DNA from: Macrostomum hystrix
Lineage: Eukaryota; Animalia; Platyhelminthes
Length of the DNA stretch: 64,000 nucleotides
Assembly: GCA_950097015.1 (NCBI GenBank)
Contig: CATNEN010000001.1
Location: 4,836,001 to 4,900,000, forward strand
Direction of reading: 5' to 3'
Below are positions 13,201 through 26,000 of the stretch, in pieces (the stretch's first letter is position 1; the number at the start of each line of letters is the position of its first letter). The position numbers and the translations under genes are program-made. The notes under the pieces are model-generated. The model was not told where the DNA came from and ran no database searches. It saw nothing but the letters and a program-made list of their open reading frames with translations.

Positions 13201-16200
13201 AAACAGGTGAGAGAGATTAGATTGCAGGAGACAGACCGGTGAGAAAGATTAGATTGCAGGAGATAGACAGGTGAGAGAGATTAGATTGCAGGAGATAGAC
13301 AGGTGAGAGAGATTAGATTGCAGGAGATAGACAGGTGAAATAGATTTGAAATTTTGTGAAACAGGGGTGAGACAGGTTAGAGAATTAAATACATATGATA
13401 AATATTAAAAGAGAGAAGAGACAGATTTAGGAAAAATACCTGGTTTAAAAAAAGTTGAATTTAACAAAAGCCATAGTGCCAGCTAAGCCAAAAACAAGTA
13501 GAAAACTGCTGCCAATAAAGGTAGCAAGCTGGGTTGTGTTGATGTCACACCCCAGAGAGACCCAGACGAACACTTTACCGGCGGAATTGTTAAGAAGAAA
13601 AAGGTAGATCGAGGTGATATAACACATCTCTGGATGATTGCTGGCTGTCCTTCTTTAGCTGGATGGAAGACTGCTGCCTGCTTTTCTAGCTGGTTCTTAG
13701 AGCCTTCATCTGATTGCATAGCAACATGAGGCAACAGGCAATATTTGCGACAGTTAATTGAAAACTTAACTGAGTTATGTTGCCTACAATTATGCCAACT
13801 GCGTATTAGTTCATGCTGCATGAAAATTAACTTTTATTTTGTCTATATAGTCGTCATTTTGAACTGTAGACTCGAGCTATGGATTCTTAAGTTGCTTTTA
13901 AATGATAGAAATCTTCCGAAAAAGCTAGGTCGGCATCTTTACCTGCATGTGTTCCTGATAGAGGTGAAAGAATAAGAAAAATGAACAGAGGGAAAGATCG
14001 AAAGATAGATTTGCACACTGAACGACAGAATAGACCAGGCAAAAACTTTTGACGATGAAGAAGTGAAAGTCGATTGAAAGAAAAAACGGTTGGCCACATA
14101 GGGCTGAGGCATAGAGACAAAGCGAATAGATAGTGAGGTACGGGAGGCGATATTAGGGTAGAGAGAGTTGATAGTGGGTTAGAGAGAGTAGATAGTAGTG
14201 CAGAGAGAGTAGACAGTGGGGTAGAGAGAGTAGACAGTGGTGTAGAGAGAGTAGATAGTGGGGTAGAGAGAGTAGATAGTAGGGTAGAAAGAGTGGATAG
14301 TAGGGTAGAGAGAGTAGACAGTAGTGCAGAGAGAGTAGACAGTGGGGTAGAGAGAGTAGACAGTGGTGTAGAGAGAGTAGATAGTGGGGTAGAGAGAGTA
14401 GATAGTGGGTTAGAGAGAGTAGATAGTAGGGTAGAAAGAGTGGATAGTAGGGTAGAGAGACTAGACAGTAGTGCAGAGAGAGTAGACAGTGGTGCAGAGA
14501 GAGTAGACAGTGGGGTAGAGAGAGTAGACAGTGGTGTAGAGAGAGTAGATAGTGGGGTAGAGAGAGTAGATAGTGGGTTAGAGAGAGTAGATAGTAGGGT
14601 AGAAAGAGTGGATAGTAGGGTAGAGAGACTAGACAGTAGTGCAGAGAGAGTAGACAGTGGTGCAGAGAGAGTAGACAGTGGGGTAGAGAAAGTAGATAGT
14701 GGGGTAGAGAGAGTAGATAGTGGGGTGGACAGAGTAGACAGTGGTGTAGAGAGAGAGTAGAGAAAGTAGTGGTTGTCTGGTAGAGTTTGATAACGAAGAT
14801 AATTACAGAAACTAATAAGTAATAGGTAAATTAATTTAATAACTAGCATACAATTTAGTTTAACTTCAGTATATAAAAGTCCGTTTAAATTTCTAAATAA
14901 TATCGCCAAAACTAATTTGTTCTTCATTCCAGAATTACTCTCCTATACTATATGGCCACTTTCGCTCATTTTCCCTGCCACGCAGTGTCTTGTCAATCAA
15001 ATCAGTCGCAGAGACAGATGCCTCCTTATTAAAGGTATGGCTCTCCCACCCAGTCTCGCGATCAATACTATATTGGACGCTAATTAGTTTGCGGAATTTT
15101 TAATTAGAGTTTACGGGGTACAGAAAAAGTGCCTCCCTTCACATCTTATAAATAACATTTTTCCCTCCTTCAACTCATATTAGCCAGATGGCTCCCTTCC
15201 ACTTGTTGCAAGAGAATGTCGAGGGATTTAGCATTTATACATTATATGCTGTATTGACTTGCAAGGCGTTAAGATGGCACTAATTGGATTTCGTTAGTGC
15301 AATATAAATTACAATACCAGACCTTGAGAATCTACTCAAGTCACTGGTTTGCATCTACTGTGATAGAATTTATTCATGTTCATGTTCGATTCCCAGCTTC
15401 AGTGGGACACATTGTGTCCTCTAGCAAGACACCCTAGACTGCGTTGCTTCAGTTTGGCGTCCCCCCCAGTCCATGGACTGAACAGCCGTACGCAGCCTTC
15501 AGATGCGCCGCGCAATAGCTGCGGCTGTGCTGTCGGCTGCACATCTGGCCCGAGAGGGGGCAGATGGAATTAATTATTACTACTATTACTATTATTACTA
15601 TTATTATTATTAATATTATTATTATTGTTATGGGTGAGAGAGTGATATTGGATGGATCGGAGAGTGAAGCTGTAGAGATCGAAGGAGACAATCGCATGGA
15701 GGATTATTTACGTGTCCTTTTCCCACTTCTTGAAGGATAAAAAGGACACAGGAAGACATTCCGCTGGCAAGGGAATTTCCCAAGAGAGAGAGAGAGAGAA
15801 GGGGCCGGTAGTAGAGAGCAGAGAGGCTGATAATGAGAAACGGGAATGAGGCCAAGACCTTGTCTAACCCAATCGAACTGATAGCTAGTTGAATACGGCC
15901 TTACAAACTCTCTATTCCCTTGATGGGCAAAACTTTGCAGAGCCGTGCAGAGCTCATAAAACAAAACAGGTACGCCATATGAAAGCGGGTGGATGGGTCA
16001 CGCGATGCTCATAAAATCTGAGAATTAACTAACTAATTATACGAGATTGTTAACAAACTAGGTAATTGATAACCCCATGACCTCTATGCGGATGCAATCA
16101 CAAGAAAATATGTTGAGCAAATATTTACGTTTATGTAGGGCCGGCAAGTTACTGACTTCTCACTGTCACAGAATGCATGGGTATGCCAACAGGTGTTGGG

Positions 16201-19200
16201 CACTTTGTTGCAGTTTTTTTTGCGAAATACTTACTCCGATATTTTTCTCGGAATATCGGCAATCAATAAGCTCTCGTGCTCAACTCATATAAGCTATATA
16301 CTCGTATATATAAGTTTCTCGGCGGGTACCATAAAAATATCCTTCATATATTTTTCCGCCTGAGCAAAAAGCCTGTTGATTTTCGCTTTGGGTTTGATTT
16401 TGAAGCCTTTTCGCCCGTTTCCAGTTTCTCGTGAGCTGGCCTCAAGAAATCGTTTGCTTCGAGTCGCAGTTTGTTTTTTAATCTATTCGGTCGGTCAGTC
16501 AACCGGCAACTCAAGCAGGATTCGGCGATAAAAACCATATTGGCTGCTTTCTAATATTCTCACATATGATTCTTCAATACAAGAGAGTTTCTATCTTGGG
16601 AGTTTTTGAAGGCTTCCAGCTTTCGGAGGCTTCCAGCTTTTGAAGGCTTCCAGCTTTTGAAGGCTTCCAGCTTTTGAAGGCTTCCAAGTTTTGAGGGCTT
16701 TCAGCTTTTGAAGGCTTCCAGCTTTCGGAGGCTTCCAGCTTTTGAAGTCTTCCAGCTTTTGAAGGCTTCCAGCTTTTGAAGTCTTCCAGCTTTTGAAGGC
16801 TTCCAGCTTTTGAAGTCTTCCAGCTTTTAAAGGCTTCCAGCTTTTTAAAGGCTTCCAGCTTTTGAAGCTTTTGAAGGCTTCCAAGTTTTGAAGGCTTCCA
16901 GCTTTTGATGGCTTCCAGCTTTTGATGGCTTCCAGCTTTTGATGGCTTCCAGCTTTTGAAAGCTTTTGAAGGCTTCCAGCTTTTGAAGGCTTCCAGCTTT
17001 TGAAAGCTTTTGAAGGCTTCCAGCTTTTGAAGGCTTCCAACTTTTGAAGGCTTCCAGCTTTTGAAAGCTTCCAGCTTTTGAAGGCTTCAGCCTTTTGAAA
17101 GCTTTTGAAGGCTTCCAGCTTTTGATGGCTTCAAGCATTTGAAGGCTTCCAGCTTTTGAAGGCTTCCAGCTTTTGAAAGCTTCCAGCTTTTGAAGGCTTC
17201 CAGCTTTCGAAGGCTTCCAGCTTTTGAAGGCTTCCAGCTTTTGAAGGCTTCTAGCTAGGTAAAATATGTAGGTAAAATATTGTATGGGTAAAAATGTCTA
17301 TAAATCCAGGCGATGCACACAAGTTTTCTGCTTCCCTGGAAGCAAACCAGAAACCTTTCGGCATAGTTTTGGATAAAAAACTACGAACTACAACACAAGG
17401 CCATTTTTCGCAACACCCTTCCTGTTCGGACATTGCTGATAGCCCTACAAAATATGGCAGCTACAAACGCCTCTCGCTACAAACGCCTTTTCCCCCGACT
17501 CCTATGGAAGGTGTGACACCCTCAGAAAGTTAGGTAATATAGAACGGAAAGGTAAAAGCAGATGACAGCAATTTGTTATACAGTTTCGCCACCATGCGCA
17601 CACTGCGAGGATTTCAAGATGGTTCTACCTCTTGGCTGTCATGACAAAGTGTAGCTGTAGAATATTTTGCGCCATTGGGGGGAATTTTGGGGGGATATTG
17701 AAATACGAGTGCCCATATAAGTCTACACATAGGTGCGAATGGATAGGAAAGGTGAAGATAAGACTAATGACTGTGTAATTTGTGTCACCAATTTTTTACT
17801 ATTCTGTTAAGTCCGACTTGCCTTCACAATCGATAATACTATACTAAGATTGAATTGAGATTCTGAAAGTTTCTAGGAAAGACTAAATTGCCTAAAAGTT
17901 TCTTGAATGAGTGAAACTTATAAAATGAAAAAACGTTTGGTAGATTCGGGTACAGCGGAGAGAATGTGTGGTAGAGGTGGTAGAGAGGGAAGAATGTATG
18001 GTAGAGAGGGAAGAATGTGTTGTAGAGAGGGAAGAATGTGTTGTAGAGAGGGAAGAGTGTTGGGTAGAGAGGGAAGAATTTGGGGTAGAGAGGGAAGAGT
18101 GTGTTGTAGAGAGGGAAGAATGTGTGGTAGAGAGGGAAGAATGTGTTGTAGAGAGGGAAGAATGTGTGGTAGAGAGGGAAGAATGTGTTGTAGAGAGGGA
18201 AGAATGTCGGGTAGAGATGGAAGAGTGTGTGGTAGAGAGGGAAGAATTTGGGGTAGAGAGAGAAGAATGTGGGGTAGAGAGGGAAGAATGTGTGGTAGAG
18301 AGGGAAGAATGTGTTGTAGAGAGGGAAGAATGTCGGGTAGAGATGGAAGAGTGTGTGGTAAAGAGGGAAGAATTTGGGGTAGAGAGGGAAGAGTGTGTTG
18401 TAGAGAGGGAAGAATGTGTGGTAGAGAGGGAAGAATGTGTTGTAGAGAGGGAAGAATGTGTGGTAGAGAGGGAAGAATGTGTTGTAAAGAGGGAAGAATG
18501 TCGGGTAGAGATGGAAGAGTGTGTGGTAGAGAGGGAAGAATTTGGGGTAGAGAGAGAAGAATGTGGGGTAGAGAGGGAAGAATGTGGGGTAGAGAGGAGG
18601 AGAGTGTGTGGTAGAGAGGGAAGAATGTGGGGTAGAGAGGGAAGAGTGTGGGGTAGAGAGAGAAGAATGTGGGGTAGAGAGGGAAGAATGTGGGGTAGAG
18701 AGGAGGAGAGTGTGTGGTAGAGAGGGAAGAATGTGGGGTAGAGAGGGAAGAGTGTGGGGTAGAGAGAGAAGAATGTGGGGTAGAGAGGGAAGAATGTGGG
18801 GTAGAGAGGGAAGAATGTGGGGTAGAGAGGGAAGAATGTGTTGTAGAGATGGAAGGATGTGGGGCAGAGAGGAGGAGAGTGTGGGGTAGAATGGCGGGAC
18901 AATGTGAGTTAGACTGGAAGAAGGTAATATGGAGTAGATGGTGGATTGGCCCGAAAAATGTGTTAGCTCAGAATCCAAGTCAGATTGGACGGAATAGAAT
19001 GGAAGCTGTAGACTTATTTGTTCACTCATACTTTCTGTCTACCTAACGCATTGATAAGTCACACAGGTCTCAGGTGTCTATTTACGCGTTAGTTTGACTT
19101 TAGGAAAGAAGACACCTTGTAAACTTCCCCTTGCCGATCGACGTGTTATGCAGGGTCATTGTGTGGAGCCGCGGCCACTTGAGCCATTGGTTAGTCATTT

Positions 19201-22200
19201 AGTCACAGCCCAGCTTTTTTTAGTCGCGTCAATATTTTACAAAACAGAAAGAATCGATTAATTCCCAGAGTCAAGTCTGCTTTTAAAAGGCCTCACTTTG
19301 ATACACTGCTCAAGCTCAGCAGAAAAAAATCGTGAGCACACAAAACTTTGGATGCCTCTGGCGGATGGGACGAGATGGGAGATCGGGAATGGAGAGGGTG
19401 GGATTATTCCGGAAGGGTTGCGGAGGAGAGGCAGGTGGAGAGGACAGAGGTGTGCCAGAGGGGACAATTTAGTTTTTGGGAGCCAATTTTTTAGCTCAAT
19501 CCTTTCTATAGAAGACCAGGTAGAAGGAAGTGAACTAAAAGTGAAGTGGGCCAGACTTAGGTGCGAATAAGCGAGTGGAGTCTGAGTTGAAGTGTGCTCT
19601 CGCATCAGTCATTCTCTGCGTTCCACTGCACAATTGACGTTGGCTTTGATTATTTTACCATAGTTTTTACTCTCTTTTCTATTCACAATTTTTTTGGTTT
19701 CGACTGGTCTTTGTGACTCTGCTCTCTCGTTATTCCTATCTGTTCGATTAAACATTGTCTAGTTCTACTCTTTCTGCTCTTTTCAGTTCTACTCCTCTCT
19801 GTTCTCTATAGTTCTACCCCTCCGTTCAATCTAGTTCTACCCATCTTTATCTAGTTCTACCCCTCTTTTATCTAGTTCTACCCCTCTTTTATCTAGTTCT
19901 ACCCCTCTTTTATCTAGTTCTACCCCCTGTTCTCTAGTTCCTGTTCGCCACTTTCGTTGTCATTGTGTATTTTTCATGTGTCCAGAGCACTTTACGTCAG
20001 TTTTTTACGGTTAATTTCGTTTTCCTCATAAACTCGTTGCTCATAAACATAGCCTAATTTAGCATTCGATTTTGCGATCTCACTTCCTATCCTACTCGTA
20101 TGTTAGATTATTTATTTTTTAGGTGAAAAGTCAGCCTAACTGATATGCTGGCAGTTTGTGTGATTTAGTTTCGCAAAACAGACAACAATAAAAAAGTCAA
20201 GCCACAGAAAAATGAGGGAAAATCGGTAAGCGCCTTGAAATTGTATATGACAACTCTAAGTGGCTTCCGTGCGCGCGTGTGACTAACTCAATCTGGGGGG
20301 AGCTGTACTCACTCACCGGGGCGGGTGCTAAAAGGAAAATTGTGAGCTCGGAATGACAAACGCTTCTTTTTGGCGTGTCTTGCTCAACAGGACTGCTCAA
20401 ACAATGACTTGAATTGAGCGCGCATATGAGAATTGAGCATCTGCATGAATGGAGGGCTGATTTCTCTTCCGGCCTCCATAGCTGTCACTTTGCTTATCCC
20501 CTCGGCTTAGACGGACCAAAAGGAACGAATTTAGATTCACACAAGAGGCGCAAGAAGAGAACAGAGTGAGAGAAAATAAGAGCAAGAGGAAGTGAGAAAG
20601 AAAATGAGCAGTTTTCGACGAATTTTTACAATAAAGGTTGGGATTATTCCATAGTGAGGGATTAAATATGCCGCCAAACCCCGCACAGTCGATTGGTACA
20701 GGGGATAAAGATTGAGACTATCGGAATGGATCTATTTTATTAAGGGGCCTAAGCAATAGATTTAGTTCCTGTCAAATTTTAGATCTTTAAGATTTCTTGA
20801 GGTACCTCTGGAAGCGGCAAAATTGACAGCAATGCACAAAGGAGCATTTTGTGCTCTCTGTCTTGGAATAATTAATCCGTGAGGTTTATTCATTTGACAC
20901 GAGTCTATTCTGATACCTTTACTGAAACAAATGAGAACTGTACGCTAACTATTGTGCTTAATAAATCTCCTTGGAGATTTAGGTCGCATCACGGATAAAA
21001 TAGACGATTTGGGATACAGACAGACAGAAAAACATAACCTCGTTCAAGTAATTTTATTTTTACCTGCCCAATTAACTCCGTTTTGTTCAACTTGACTTTG
21101 GTTTAACGCGAAAGAAATTGAGGTCAGATCCCAGAGGAACCACAGTGACACTCTAATCCAAGTTTGCCACCTGTGGGAATTAGCTGTCTACTAATTTGCA
21201 TGTATGGTATAGTATTCATATAGACCCAAGAGAATGCACAGGTATGAAGTATTCTTATTTAGTTTAGATTTAGTTTCGTCAACCTGCCTCGATACCGTCC
21301 ATAGCTGACTTGAAGATGGCTTTTAAGAAGGAGAACTGGACCAGTTTCAAGTGCCATTGGGGAAGGCAAGTCCAGGAAATTCTGGTCTTGAAAACTAAAA
21401 ATTGGAACCACGCCTAGAGATGGGAAGGGGAACGAGAGGGGAGAAGTTTAAAAGCTCGACGTTGCTATGCGGGCTTGATTACAGGCCTGGAGGCGGCCCG
21501 CTGTGTGGATCGCTCCCATCATTGTGTTGTATATAGGGGATATTGGAAGTAGGATTGGGAGAATCTCCTATGCGCGTGACTCAATCTGTAAACAAGAGAT
21601 AGCCAGAGAGGCTGGAGTGTGAACCCTCGGGGCAGTTCTGGCGATCCTCCTCTTGAAGAGAGAGAGAGAGAGTTGAAGGGGCCGGCGGAAGGTGCCAAAG
21701 CGCGCCGGCTGTCCTTAGTTGAAGATTCATATTTTCAAATAACACCCATGCGGCAATGCCTCATAACTTGCCCGTCACTTCTGTCTCTTTGGTCCTTGGC
21801 CGAAAAATCCCAGCCCTGCACGGGTGGAACAACTGACTCGCAGATCCTCAGAAATAGATGGCGACAAAGGCCTGCCCGGCTCCCATGCAAATTATAAAAT
21901 TTCTCGGCCGTGCTACCGTACAAGGCCCGAAACCAATTTGTGTGATTGTGGCCGATTCGAAAAAATTGTTAGGCATAAAAATCGCAATTAAAAAATAACA
22001 AAGACATACGGCGCTTGAAATCCTTCAATTTAAGTGAAATTAATAAGCGGCAGACTTTTCTATATGGAATTAATAAAGCAGTGGTAACAAAGACTAGCCA
22101 CGTTGAAACTCATTTTTGCGTTGGATTCAAGACAAAGACCTTGGGGCATATCAAAACAAGCCCAACCCTGGTAGTTGGACCAAGACCCGACTTCAATTAA

Positions 22201-22992
22201 AATTTCAGCTAATTTGTTCTGGCTCGCGAGATAGATTTTAATGTGATTTATTTTCGACAGTGATTTTTCATTCACAAAACTACTGACTTTTCTAAGCTTG
22301 CCAACAGGTAAACTAATACATTTCTATTTTATTACCTGTCAAACTGATCTAAAATTTCTAAAAAGCGAAAAATGTAATTATTTACAAATTTTAAGCATTT
22401 AAGAAACATTTCGAAAAATTTCGACGCTAAATTAAATTCGACATTTGAAAAAATTTCGACACATTTAACAAAATTCATAGACAAATTTCATCGCAATGTT
22501 TCTCTATTCTATATTGAATAAATTTGGACCATTTAAATAAACTCAGAAATACTATATCTCGATGGAAAATGTACACGCCATGATATCAGGAAATTTCGAC
22601 AGCACCGCTTTGTGATCAGTTCCCCTCTCAATTATTAGTTATTTTCCCTACACCCGAGAGCGCAAAAGCTTATCACAGCAGCATCATAGTAAGGCCTTAC
22701 TAAAAACTATCCCCAGGACCTTGATGCAAATCTGATTCACAGACCCGACCGAAAAAATTAGCATATTCATTATGGGTGCGCGCAGCAATGGGATTAACAG
22801 CTCTATGCGGAGCTCGCAGCTCACACGCAATGTCCATTCCCAAACTGTTAATGATGATGGTAATCTCGCCAGCGCATTATATAGTCGAATATATAAATCT
22901 AGTGCGTATGTATGTGAGTGAGCTTTGACAGTCTAAAATCAAATTGCCTGATCTCACGATTTGATTCTGTGAGTCAGTACAAATGGTATTAC

Positions 22993-23025
<33 letters not shown>

Positions 23026-26000
23026 CAGCTTCATAATAAGAATGTGAAGTCAACTTTATATATAAACAATAGTAGGATAATAATTGCTGATTTTTATTAT
23101 CGCACCTCTACTGTACCGGAAACCATTGCAGGCGTCCAATGCAGCGAGGGATCTGGCCAGCCTTCAGGGGCGACCCCAGCAACTCATGGACTTCTGCTCT
23201 AGGAGTGTCAGTTGTCGAGGGGTGAGTCAGCAAACTTTAGTCTGCTATTCTTCAGCTATCAGTTGTTCCTCTAGTTCAACGCAAAACAGTCTACCCCATA
23301 CAGTCTACCCCATCCAGTCTACCCCATCCAGTCTACCCCATACAGTCTACCCCATCCAGTCTACCCCATCCAGTCTACCCTATCCAGTCTGCCCCATGCA
23401 GTCTACCCCATGCAGTTTACCCCATACAGTCTGCCCCATACAGTCTACCCCATCCAGTCTACCCCATACAGTCTGCCCCATACAGTCTGCCCCATACAGT
23501 TTACCCATCCTGTCTGCCCCATCCAGTCTGCCCCATCCAGTCTACCCAATCCTTTCTCCTTTCTACCACATCCAGTCTACCCCATACAGTCTACCACATC
23601 CAGTCTACACCATACAGTCTGCCCCATACAGTCTACCCCATACAGTCTAACCCATCCAGTCTACTCAATCCTTTCTCCTTTCTACCCCATCCTGTCTACC
23701 TCATTAAGTCTACCCCATCCAATCTACCCCATCAAGTTACCCCATGCAGTCTGCCCCATACAGTCTGCCCCATACAGTCTGCCCCATCCTGTCTGCCCCA
23801 TCCAGTCTGCCCCATCCAGTCTACCCAATCCTTTCTCCTTTCTACCCGATCAAGTCAACCCCATCAAGTGTACCCCATCCTGTCTACCCCATCAAGTCTA
23901 CCCCATCCAATCTATCCCATCAAGTCTGCCCCATCCAGTCTACCCAATCCTTTCTCCTTTCTACCCCATCAAGTCTACCCCATCAAGTCTACCCCATCAA
24001 GTCTACCCCATCAAGTCTACCCCATCAAGTCTACCCCATCAAGTCTACCCCATCAAGTCTACCTCATTCAATCTAGCCCTACTTACTTAGACTTACTCTT
24101 TATTCTATGCTTGTACCCCATTCAAACATCGTTTCGTGAATAGAACAAGACAGATTCTCAAACGCACAGTCAGTAACTATGCGTAATTTTATTCGTGAAT
24201 TAAATTTCGTCACACTTTGTCGTCATGCAAGCAATTGCAAGAGTCTCAACTCTCATGAGAGGCCTTCGCACATTTTGAGTCCTATGCTGGACGCTATATA
24301 AGTGTATATAAGAAATTCGAGTTGGATAATATGCAAAAGAAATTCTGCGAAATTCATTACCGACCTGGGACCAGTTAAACGTTTTAAGCGCGTGGTCGTC
24401 AATTTATCCCCTGTGCCTGTTACATCATCGCCAGCCAGACAGGCCAGGCTTGAGACCTTCATCAGAGCTGTCCAATTAAGCAGGAATTGAAATATGAACC
24501 GAGAGAACCCACCCTGTGACTCTCTTATTGGTCAATTTTGCCCCAGCAACGCAGCTCAAAATTCGGTTTTTAATTTAGAAAATGTTGAAGATGACAGAGA
24601 GAAAAATTCAGGAAAGTGCTATAGACGACACGAACTTATATAGCCAAATCAATCATTTGGCTTCTTCTTCTGTACCAGTAATGCTGTCCTTGTCCCGGAG
24701 TGACCCGAGCCGCAGCCGCAGATAAAATTACTAGCCTGCCAAATCTTGCAGATTATGGGGAGAAAAAATAATTTATTACCATCAGGCATGATTGAAATGT
24801 CCAACGTGTACATTAACAGAGAATCTATGCATGCATGAGATTGATTGTGACATCGAAGCGCACATATCGACTCGTGTGATAAAGTGAGATCGAAGCGACA
24901 CCACAGGCGCTTTAGCGGCCACCTCTATATAGTCCAACACTGCATGCTGGATAAAAAATGGATTTCGCCTAGGGGTAACTCGCATGGCAACTGCAGAATG
25001 AGGCCAGTAATCACATTTTCTAGGCGGCTATGAAATCTCTCGCAGATTCGGGTGGAGCAGCACACACAAACACAGATCGGAGTTGACTAACTCTTAGGTC
25101 ATTTACACACCAACAGCTAAATGCTGTTTTCCCATGCGAATGACACTGATTTGAATTGACAGCTATAGATAAAAATGGACTTTTTATATGGGCTTCTATG
25201 TTTAAAAAACTGACAAAAACACCTTTCCATCAGAATGCAATGGACTTTGATTATTCTCGATTATCTTCCATCTTGAGATTGAGATTTCCATTTTAAGATT
25301 GAGATTTGATCACCATTTCGATTAAAGATAGGGGATGTGCGATTCAAGTGTGTACTTTAATGTTACAGCGAAGATGGCTTGTTTTCTTATCCTTTCATTA
25401 CCGTAATGGAAATGATTTGGCCAAAACAATCTAGAAAGCAATTTTAACTTTCTCTGTTTTATTCTGAAATTTTAGTGTCTGACGGCTACTTCGTTTCATC
25501 CAAGGCTGGCTGTTTGTCAGCACGATTGCAAGGTAAATTCTTTTGTTTTAACGCGCTCATATGTACTTTGGTAGCTTTTTATCGGACTACTCCGATTAAC
25601 TTAACTTGATAGTTAAGTAGGTTTTACCATAGACAATATCACAGAACTACTAACCTGAGCGAATTTTTGCTATAGTAAGTATCACACAAATACTAGCCTG
25701 AGGTAGATGAGGGTTGTGCCATAGACAATATCAGAGGAAGGCTAGCCTGAGGAAGATGAAGCTTGTGCCATAGACAATATCAGAGGAAGGCTAGCCTGAG
25801 GAAGATGAAGCTTGTGCCATAGACAATATCAGAGGAAGGCTAGCCTGAGGAAGATGAAGCTTGTGCCATAGACAATATCAGAGGAAGACTAGCCTGAGGT
25901 AGATGAGGGTTGTGCCATAGACTATATCAGAGGAAGACTAGCCTGAGGTAGATGAGGGTTGTGCCATAGACAATATCAGAGGAAGACTAGCCTGAGGTAG

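Noticed and set aside
13483-13709. Minus-strand open stretch ending SSGSLWGVTSTQPSLLPLLAAVFYLFLA*, like a GPI-signal last exon of a nested gene
   Set aside because: No upstream exons or homology recognised; a hydrophobic ending can arise by chance in T-rich sequence.
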